This document shows positions 57,190-64,000 of a DNA stretch of 64,000 bases, in pieces. Location of the stretch: positions 116,910 through 180,909 of the forward strand of contig JBGSZS010000009.1 in NCBI GenBank assembly GCA_041750285.1, in the 5' to 3' direction. How positions within the stretch are numbered: the first letter of the stretch is position 1; every line of letters begins with the position of its first letter. Source of the stretch: Candidatus Fermentibacteraceae bacterium. GTDB lineage: Bacteria > Fermentibacterota > Fermentibacteria > Fermentibacterales > JCC-6. The notes beneath the pieces were generated by a model, which did not search any database, had not been told where the DNA came from, and saw only the letters and a list, made by a program, of their open reading frames with translations. The translations under genes and the position numbers were made by a program.

Positions 57190-58107
57190 ATGAGGCGCAT
57201 TTACACTTTGACGATCCTGCTGGCTGTGGCCTCCTTCGCCACTGCAGCCCAGACTTCGGGCTTCGCGTTCCTCAGGATACCCGCAGGGGCAAGGGCTGTA
57301 GCCATGAGCGGGGCTTTCACTGCCGTCACGGGCGATCCCATGGCCCTTCACTACAATCCAGCTGCCATCTCAACAACCACGGGCAAAACGATCACATCCA
57401 CATACACCAGCTACATGATGGACATGCACGCAGGCTACCTGGGCTGGACAACCCACCGCGAGAACGACGCCATAGGCGTTGCACTCAACTACTTCTACGG
57501 CGGCACCTTCATCCGCACCACAATGGAGGACCCCACCGGCACGGGTGAGGAATTCAGCACCAACAGCATGGCCGTATCCGGCTCATGGTCCCGCCCCATC
57601 TCCGACAGGTTCCGCGTCGGCGCCACCGGAAGGCTCATCTACAGCGAGATCGACACCTACAACGCCCACGCCGTGGCCTTCGACCTTGGCGCCATCTGGC
57701 TTCCCGGCCCCGAAGGAATGACCGCGGGCGCAGCCATCAGGAACGCCGGAGTTCAAACCAAGGCCTTTTACGAAGAGAACGACCCCATGCCCACCGAGCT
57801 CGCCGTCGGCATAAGCCAGAACCTCATGGAAGGCAACCTCCTCATCGCGGCCGACGCCACCGCCCCCATGAGCGGCAAGTTCAACGCCGCCCTCGGCATG
57901 GAGTATTCACTGATGGAGATGTTCGCACTGAGAACGGGCGCAAGCCTCAACGCCCTCGAGACCGCAGACGAGGCAGGGGGAACCATACTCGACGCACTCT
58001 CGTTCGGAATGGGTTTCACCAGGGGAGCACTGGGCGCAGACTACGCCTGGAAACCCGCGGCCGACCTGGGAGACGCCCACCGGATTTCCCTTCTGTACCA
58101 CTTTTAG
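57190..58107 (+). CDS. PorV/PorQ family outer-membrane beta-barrel
   Basis: FLRIPAGARAVAMSGAFTA..D...HYNPA N-terminal signature, DLG...RNAG, DYA..P..DLG..HRISL, terminal Phe. Confidence 0.85.
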   Translation: MRRIYTLTILLAVASFATAAQTSGFAFLRIPAGARAVAMSGAFTAVTGDPMALHYNPAAISTTTGKTITSTYTSYMMDMHAGYLGWTTHRENDAIGVALNYFYGGTFIRTTMEDPTGTGEEFSTNSMAVSGSWSRPISDRFRVGATGRLIYSEIDTYNAHAVAFDLGAIWLPGPEGMTAGAAIRNAGVQTKAFYEENDPMPTELAVGISQNLMEGNLLIAADATAPMSGKFNAALGMEYSLMEMFALRTGASLNALETADEAGGTILDALSFGMGFTRGALGADYAWKPAADLGDAHRISLLYHF

Positions 58108-58109
58108 AG

Positions 58110-58137
58110 TTGACATAACCCGAAAAAAGACTATAAT
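58110..58137 (+). promoter_or_regulatory. Consensus sigma70 promoter for tRNA-fMet
   Basis: TTGACA-16 bp-TATAAT followed by GC-rich discriminator AGCCCGGC. Confidence 0.88.
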
Positions 58138-58148
58138 AGCCCGGCAGT

Positions 58149-58225
<77 letters not shown>

Positions 58226-58233
58226 TCAGATAT

Positions 58234-58268
58234 GAGCACCCGCTTTTTCGGAGGCGGGTGTTCCTTTC
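58234..58268 (+). terminator. tRNA-fMet terminator
   Basis: GAGCACCCGCTTT-TTCG-GAGGCGGGTGTTC stem with UUCG loop, then CTTTC. Confidence 0.7.
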
Positions 58269-58433
58269 ACTGCTTTCACAAAAACAGCAATCCCGGGCCA
58301 GCTGAACAACCCGGGAAGTGTCACTCCATGATATTTCTACCTAATGGGGTCGCCTGCGGTTCGGATGCACGATCGAGCCACAAAGGCTGCCAGCCATTTA
58401 CCCAGAGCTAAAAATCAAAAGGCCAATGGCATC

Positions 58434-58829
58434 CTACCGGGAACGCACTGCGAAGACCCGCCCTCCGTAGTTGGAGCTGCTGCGGGTGGACCAGTACTCG
58501 CCGCCGCCGTAGAAGTCGAAGACCCAGGCCGAGGAAGAATCTCTGACATCCCCGGACCATATCCCATACCCGCTGTTCTCAAAGGGCCCCCAGTTGTCGG
58601 AGCTGATACCCGCGTTCCAAAGACCCTGAAGCTCTTCCATCGCAGGCATGCGCCAGTTGCCACCGAGACCGTCAACCCATTCCTTCGATTCATACCAATT
58701 CATGTTTTGATCAGGTCCCACTTGCCAGTACAGGCCGTTGAACTCAAAGCCCCCTTCACCGCCCCCGCAATCAGACAAGAGCATGGTCCCGAAAACCATG
58801 GACAGAACCAGTTTCCAACTCGTCTTCAC
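58434..58829 (-). CDS. Lipoprotein with DUF1566/Lcl C-type-lectin-like domain
   Basis: Signal peptide with Cys, GLYWQ..NW..W.....WRMP..EEL, WS....AW.FDF..G, final RVFAVR strand. Confidence 0.75.
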   Translation of the reverse strand: MKTSWKLVLSMVFGTMLLSDCGGGEGGFEFNGLYWQVGPDQNMNWYESKEWVDGLGGNWRMPAMEELQGLWNAGISSDNWGPFENSGYGIWSGDVRDSSSAWVFDFYGGGEYWSTRSSSNYGGRVFAVRSR

Positions 58830-59136
58830 AGGCTCCCCCCATTTCTCACGACTGTGTCCTCAAGCTCCCATGCAAAACGATGAAGCCCTCGGGTCAACCA
58901 GTCAAGCAAGATACGGGGCGGCGTGATTACGGCGGACTCGGTATTGACCATGTACCTGAGAAAGCATGAACGGGAGAACTCCCGCTTTATGAAGCGGGTG
59001 TTCATTTACCGCCAGTGATGGCTGAAGGGTGGATACGTATCGCGGCACTCAGAACGGGTATCTATCATTGCTTCTTCACTGTATAACCGATTCTGCCGCC
59101 TTCAGAAGAATCGGCCGCGTTATCACTGCCGTCCAT

Positions 59137-59631
59137 TTACAGCAGCAGGGGATTCCCCCGCCAGAGTGAAAAGGTCAGCGCAGTGGCGAAACCCACCCAC
59201 AGCAGGTAGGGAACGAGAAGCCAGGCCGCCGCAGGGGAGACCTTCCGGAACTCCAGAATGGTCCGGAGTATCAGAATCCAGAGGATCAGGATCTCCCCCA
59301 GCGCCAGCGCTCCGAGGCGCCAGACGAAGAAGAGCCATGTCCAGAGGGCATTGAGGGCAAGCTGGACAAGGAACAGCTTCAGAGCGGGGTTTGTGCTGCG
59401 CCACCCCACCTTCCGCCAGACCAGCCAGGCCGCCGTTCCCATGAGAATGTAGAGGATTGTCCAGACAGGGCCGAAGAGCCATGATGGGGGCGCCCAGGCA
59501 GGCCGGGTGAGCTCACCGTAGAACCCTCCCGCATTTACCGATGCCAGGCCTCCCAGGGCCGCCGCGACGAAACTTGCCAGTATCCACAAAGCAAGAGAGG
59601 CAATCTGGCGAAAAAGACTGCACTTTGGCAT
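59137..59631 (-). CDS. tspO: TspO/MBR family tryptophan-rich sensory protein
   Basis: Y..L.RP.WAPPSWLFGPVWTILY.LMG, QLALNALWTWLFF, LVPYLLWV.FA. Confidence 0.92.
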   Translation of the reverse strand: MPKCSLFRQIASLALWILASFVAAALGGLASVNAGGFYGELTRPAWAPPSWLFGPVWTILYILMGTAAWLVWRKVGWRSTNPALKLFLVQLALNALWTWLFFVWRLGALALGEILILWILILRTILEFRKVSPAAAWLLVPYLLWVGFATALTFSLWRGNPLLL

Positions 59632-59736
59632 TCGATACTCCCTGTGTTCGACCGGCTCCCGCTGCCATCAGAGATGAATACCCATCTCCAGGAAGCATGC
59701 GATGTCCAACCCCCGCCTGAAAAGGGTATGCGGCCG

Positions 59737-60141
59737 CTACTCCTCCTGTGAGGCCATCATTTCTTCGACGCTGCCCCTGGTGCAGTAGTATCCCCACTCG
59801 AGGCCCATCTCCCGGGTAACGGGGCAATCAGGGCAGACACAACCGGCTTCGATGACGATGCATTCGCTCATCCCCGTAAGGCAGTACCCGCCCTCACCGT
59901 TCTCGGATGCCTCGGGCACCCAGCTGGGGCACTGGGGACAGATGCAGTTCTCCATCACGAAGGCCATCTTTTCCTCGTCGGTCATCTCTGTTTCGGCGGG
60001 TTCGATGATTGAGTCAACAACCTCCGGAACCTCGATTTCGGCGGTTTCGTCCACTTCGGCAGCAGGCTCCTCCTCCCCGCAGGCCATGAAAGCCGCGAGG
60101 GCAGTCACCGCCAGCAGCACGAGAAGTTTTCTGACGCTCAT
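59737..60141 (-). CDS. Lipoprotein with Cys-rich DUF2769-like domain
   Basis: Lipobox FMAC, acidic linker, CICPQCPSW...YC..GMSECI...GCVCPDCPV....L..GYYC. Confidence 0.72.
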   Translation of the reverse strand: MSVRKLLVLLAVTALAAFMACGEEEPAAEVDETAEIEVPEVVDSIIEPAETEMTDEEKMAFVMENCICPQCPSWVPEASENGEGGYCLTGMSECIVIEAGCVCPDCPVTREMGLEWGYYCTRGSVEEMMASQEE

Positions 60142-60394
60142 TCCACACCCCTTCCTTCTCACCGGCACTACGTCGGCATCACATGGACACACGAACAAGA
60201 GGAAAGCAGGCCACGGTGGCTTTGCTTTATCTCAATGCCGCAATTGATGATAAGCGCAGGCAAGACACAGGTCAACAGCCTTGTTGCCCTCAGGATGAGT
60301 GACCGGCTCCCGCATTTTCCCCGGTCTGCACTTCAGCTCCTGCTAGGTCTTTTGATTGTGGAAGAAACGTCCGGGGCCCCTCGGCTCCGGATGC

Positions 60395-63300
60395 TCAAAA
60401 GCCCTGTTTCTGATCGGGGGCGCTTTTCCAGTGGCCGGGAAGCCGCAGTTCCTCCGGGGGACAGCCGGCTTTTGCCAGGGCGTCCCTGAGCCTTCGCAGC
60501 GAGGGCATGAACCCCTCGGAGATGCCGCTCTCCTCCACTGCCTGAGTGACCGAAGCGTACTCCGCGAGAGATCCCTGCAATCCTTCCTTCAGCGACAGCC
60601 TTGCAAGGTGGCACCTGCAGGACAGGACGCCGACCATGAAACCACCCTTTTGGCTGGCCTCGAGGGCCTCGCTGTAACATTTTCCGGCGGCCTGCAGGTC
60701 ATCGTCGTCCTCGTGAAGGGAGGCCAGGTTCATCAGGGTGTTGGCCATGCTTCTCAGGTTGCCAGTCTCCCCGTTGATCGATATGGCTTCGAGGAAGGTC
60801 CTGTGGGCTTCATCCCTCTGTCCAAGGTCCTTCAGGCAGCAGGCGATGTTGCCGAGGCTTGCGCCCTCGCCTTTCCTGTTACCGAGCTGACGCTGGAGGG
60901 CCAGGGCTTTCCGGTAGTACTCGAGTGCAGTGGGAATGTCATCCTTCAGCGCGTAGTAAACACCGAGATTGTGCAGCACGACGGCCTCGCCCCTCGGGTA
61001 GGGGCTGAGACTGGAATGGATCTCAAGAGCCCTCTGGAGGATCCTGCGGGATTCCTCGTAATCCCCCTTCTGACCGGTGACATACGCCAGGTTCTGAAGG
61101 GTCACGCCTATGTCGTGAAGGTCGCCCAGCTCCTCGAAGATCTCCATGGCCTGGTTGAAATGGATCGAGGCGGATGCCAGATCGCCCATGTACGCATCTG
61201 CCATGCCGATGTTTGCCATGGCCCGGCCCTTGTGCCTGTCGAGGGAGTTTGCAACAGCCATCTCCAGGGACTCCTCGAGGATCCTGCGGGCTTCCGGGTA
61301 CCTGCCCTGGTTGTTCTTCATTATCCCGGTCTCCATGAGCACGGTCACAACCGTCTCAATGTCGCCCAGCCTCCTGGCAAGTTCGAGGCTTTCAGCGTAG
61401 AGCCTTTCCTGGTCGCTCCGTCTGGAGAGGTACTCGGCCGACCTGCACTCGAGCCTGGACACCCTGAGAAGGATGGAATCGTGTTCACTGCCGGGCTGAA
61501 TGTCATCGAGCCAGCCCCTGAGAGTGCCGGACCACTCCATGACATCGTTGTGCTGGTAGCCGCGGTAGAGGGTGTCGACCATCCTGATGCCCCACTCCAG
61601 TGCTTCCCGTTTCCTGGCCGCCCTGAACTCGTGCCAGGCAACTGCCCCAGAGAACCTTTCCAAGTCACCCGACCTGAGCCTCACGATGGCTTCCGCCGCC
61701 TTGTGGTGAAGGACCATCCTGTTGTGCATGAGTATCATGTCATGGACGGCCTGCCTGGCCATGCCGCTTCTGAAGGTGAAGGATGATTCACCGGACTTCT
61801 GGAGGAAGGATGCGTGTACCAGGAGATCCAGATACTGCTCAGCCTCGGAGAGGCTTACCCCCATGGTGTCCGCAAGAAGGTCCGCCACAACTGTCTGCCC
61901 GAAGACGGAGGAGACCGAAAGGGCTCTTCTTGCCCCTTCTGGAAGCCTGTCGAAACGGGCGGTGATGATCCCCGCCACCGTCGGGGGAACGGGCAGGTCG
62001 CCGCCCCCGGTGAAGGTCCACCCCCTCCTTCCCCGGCTGAGGATGCCCCTGTCGAGGATGTCCATCAGGAGTTCCTCGAGGTAGTAGGGTATCCCCTGTG
62101 CCCTGGAGAGAAGGAACTTCAACGCTTCGTTCGGAATCTCGCCGTGCGGGCATCCGAGAAGGTCGGACACGATGCCCGTGGAAGCCGCCTCGTCCAGAGG
62201 AGCAAGGGCGACCCTTTCGAACCGGCCTCCCGGGAAGGCCTGGGCGATCTCGCGGCTGCCCTCGTCGCCACGGGAAGCCGCGATAACCGAGAACCTTCCC
62301 GCGGCGCTCCCGGACCGGCATGCGTAAAGCAGCGCCTTCATCGATGCGGCATCGAGCCAGTGGGCGTCGTCGATGAAGATCACGAGGCCGGGACTGCGCT
62401 TAGTCAGCAGTTCCAGGAAGAATGAGATGGAGAGCCGTATCCTAAGGTTCACCTTCTCCTGGTCCAGATCGCCGCCGAGCCACGTCCCGGAGGTGGCAAG
62501 GGTTATCTCCGCCAGGGCGGGAAGGTGTTCCCGGAGCTCTTCCTCGAGGGAGCCTTGCGGCTCGGGTCCGGCAATTGCCCGGAGCCCGGTTTCGAGGCGG
62601 CCGTACTCACCGGGATCGCCCTCCAGTGAGAAGAAGCCCCGCACGATCTGTGTCCAGAACCAGTAGGGGGGCTGGGCGAATGAAAGTGTCCTGCCCCTGA
62701 GGATCATCGTACCGGGTTCGATGGTTTTAAGGAAGTCATGCACAAGCCGGGATTTGCCTATCCCCGCCTCTCCGGTCACCCAGACGAAGACAGAGGATCC
62801 CTCCCTGTGTCCCCTGTCGAAGGCGTTCCGCAGACTTGCCAGTTCTGGTTCCCTGCCGGCCAGGGCAACCCTTCCCAGAAGGGGGTTGGTGGTCCACCGT
62901 CCGCTGCCGAGCCTGCTCACTCCGAGCGGTTCCCAGGCGTGCACGCTGCTGCTCCGGCCACGAACCGCCAGTTCTCCGGCGTCCCGCCACTCGAAGCCCT
63001 CACCGCAAACCCGGCGCACTCTCTGACTCACAAGCATCGAGCCGACGGGGGCCATCTCCTGCATGCGCGAACCAAGGTTCACCTCGTCGCCCATTGCGGT
63101 CAGGTGACCGGCGGCGTCGGGGGCCACCGTGACCGAACCGTAGCTGACCCCCACCCTGGCGGAGATGCTGTCGCCCCTCCTGGCCAGGAAGGAGTGGACC
63201 TCCTCGATCACACGCAGCATCCTGAGACCGCATGCAACGGCCCTTATGCAATCGTTCTCACCCGAAGCCCTGGCCCCGAAAAGAGCCATGATCCTATCGC

Positions 63301-63559
63301 CCTCTATCTTGTCCACGTAGCCCCCGTGTGCCTCGGCCACCATTCCCAGGGCACCCATCAGGCTGTTGGCCAGGCGATGGGTCTGTTCGTGGTCGAGCTG
63401 TTCCGAGAGCCGGGTGAAACCGGAAAGATCGAGGAAAAGGATGGCAGTCTCCCTTCTCTCGCCGGCGCGCAGTCTCTCCGGGGGGGCCGAGGGCTTTCCC
63501 ATGGACTCGGAAAGACTGGCCAAATCGCTCTTCAGCTGTTCGGTCCAGTTGTCCTTCAT
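60395..63559 (-). CDS. Class III adenylate cyclase fused to STAND-type AAA ATPase and TPR repeats
   Basis: LFLDLSGFT, DKIEGD, TAMGDEVN..SR; GEAGIGKS Walker A, IFIDDAHW Walker B; multiple C-terminal TPRs. Confidence 0.9.
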   Translation of the reverse strand: MKDNWTEQLKSDLASLSESMGKPSAPPERLRAGERRETAILFLDLSGFTRLSEQLDHEQTHRLANSLMGALGMVAEAHGGYVDKIEGDRIMALFGARASGENDCIRAVACGLRMLRVIEEVHSFLARRGDSISARVGVSYGSVTVAPDAAGHLTAMGDEVNLGSRMQEMAPVGSMLVSQRVRRVCGEGFEWRDAGELAVRGRSSSVHAWEPLGVSRLGSGRWTTNPLLGRVALAGREPELASLRNAFDRGHREGSSVFVWVTGEAGIGKSRLVHDFLKTIEPGTMILRGRTLSFAQPPYWFWTQIVRGFFSLEGDPGEYGRLETGLRAIAGPEPQGSLEEELREHLPALAEITLATSGTWLGGDLDQEKVNLRIRLSISFFLELLTKRSPGLVIFIDDAHWLDAASMKALLYACRSGSAAGRFSVIAASRGDEGSREIAQAFPGGRFERVALAPLDEAASTGIVSDLLGCPHGEIPNEALKFLLSRAQGIPYYLEELLMDILDRGILSRGRRGWTFTGGGDLPVPPTVAGIITARFDRLPEGARRALSVSSVFGQTVVADLLADTMGVSLSEAEQYLDLLVHASFLQKSGESSFTFRSGMARQAVHDMILMHNRMVLHHKAAEAIVRLRSGDLERFSGAVAWHEFRAARKREALEWGIRMVDTLYRGYQHNDVMEWSGTLRGWLDDIQPGSEHDSILLRVSRLECRSAEYLSRRSDQERLYAESLELARRLGDIETVVTVLMETGIMKNNQGRYPEARRILEESLEMAVANSLDRHKGRAMANIGMADAYMGDLASASIHFNQAMEIFEELGDLHDIGVTLQNLAYVTGQKGDYEESRRILQRALEIHSSLSPYPRGEAVVLHNLGVYYALKDDIPTALEYYRKALALQRQLGNRKGEGASLGNIACCLKDLGQRDEAHRTFLEAISINGETGNLRSMANTLMNLASLHEDDDDLQAAGKCYSEALEASQKGGFMVGVLSCRCHLARLSLKEGLQGSLAEYASVTQAVEESGISEGFMPSLRRLRDALAKAGCPPEELRLPGHWKSAPDQKQGF

Positions 63560-63860
63560 GGGTTCTCCGATTGCCAGAAAACTCGGGCTTCGGCTTCCAG
63601 TCCAATCATTCTCGGCGGGCGGGGAAGCGGCAAGTGCGCGATTCAACGATGCGGCAGAAGTTCTGGAAAGCAGGACAAACGACTCCTCCCCAACCGTGAG
63701 GACCGGCAGGATGCCCCGCCCCGGCAGGTGCCCGTGAACCGAAAATGCCTTCGATCGGGACTATTGTTTCCTGTCCGGTTACGGATATATTCACCTCCCG
63801 GCTTGGTCCCAACTTCAACGGTGCCGGGCAAATACAAGTCTTCTGAAAGGAGCCGATGAA

Positions 63861-64000
63861 ATGACGGACTTGAAGGCAATACTTGGCCAGCTTGTGGATG
63901 TTGCAGGGGTCAATGTGGCTGTATGCGTAGGTCGTGACGGATTCGTTATCGACGCCGCCTCCACCCAGAACGCCGACACCGATGCCATTGGCGCGATGGT
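63861..64000 (+). CDS. Roadblock/LC7 (MglB-like) domain protein, partial
   Basis: Not in the ORF track; manual translation MTDLKAILGQLVDVAGVNVAVCVGRDGFVIDAAS...DAIGAM; AAAGGAG RBS upstream. Confidence 0.78.
   Translation, partial: MTDLKAILGQLVDVAGVNVAVCVGRDGFVIDAASTQNADTDAIGAM

Noticed and set aside
60356..61786. Long plus-strand ORF (476 aa) and similar long antisense ORFs such as 6660-7718, 25194-26297 and 62738-63859
   Set aside because: Shadow ORFs opposite well-supported genes in GC-rich DNA; no motifs or RBS support

Overview
GC-rich, densely coding bacterial chromosome segment, mostly housekeeping. The gene content (T9SS-type C-terminal domain, PorV-like barrel, expanded beta-propeller lipoproteins, TWxxIK C-terminal motif, cyclase-STAND-TPR protein) suggests a diderm FCB-superphylum candidate lineage such as Ca. 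Fermentibacterota; this is inference. Main blocks: valS(partial)-glyQS-recO-corC-ybeY-pgpH-phoH; rho-rpmE-DUF1385-prfA-prmC-ispG-glnA; nth/rnd/acyP; an OmpA-family gene; degP; a TonB receptor with divergent TetR and SLC13 permease; gltX with tRNA-Glu, tRNA-Ser and tRNA-fMet; ABC-F; lexA; a ComEA/ComEC fusion with sugar ABC permeases and PorV. The most striking unexplained structure is a 9.13-kb block (26438-35567) bounded by perfect 26-bp terminal inverted repeats, each flanked by TA. It contains nine ordinary genes and no transposase or recombinase. Removing it in silico restores a TTTAAA site that supplies a TAA stop for the OmpA gene right next to the degP terminator, so it looks like a non-autonomous cargo transposon or cassette. 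Other leads: a possible orphan DGR-target C-type-lectin gene next to tRNA-fMet, a candidate C-terminal sorting motif, a candidate LexA box and a sigma54 promoter for hsp20. No CRISPR array, rRNA, integrase or transposase was seen.
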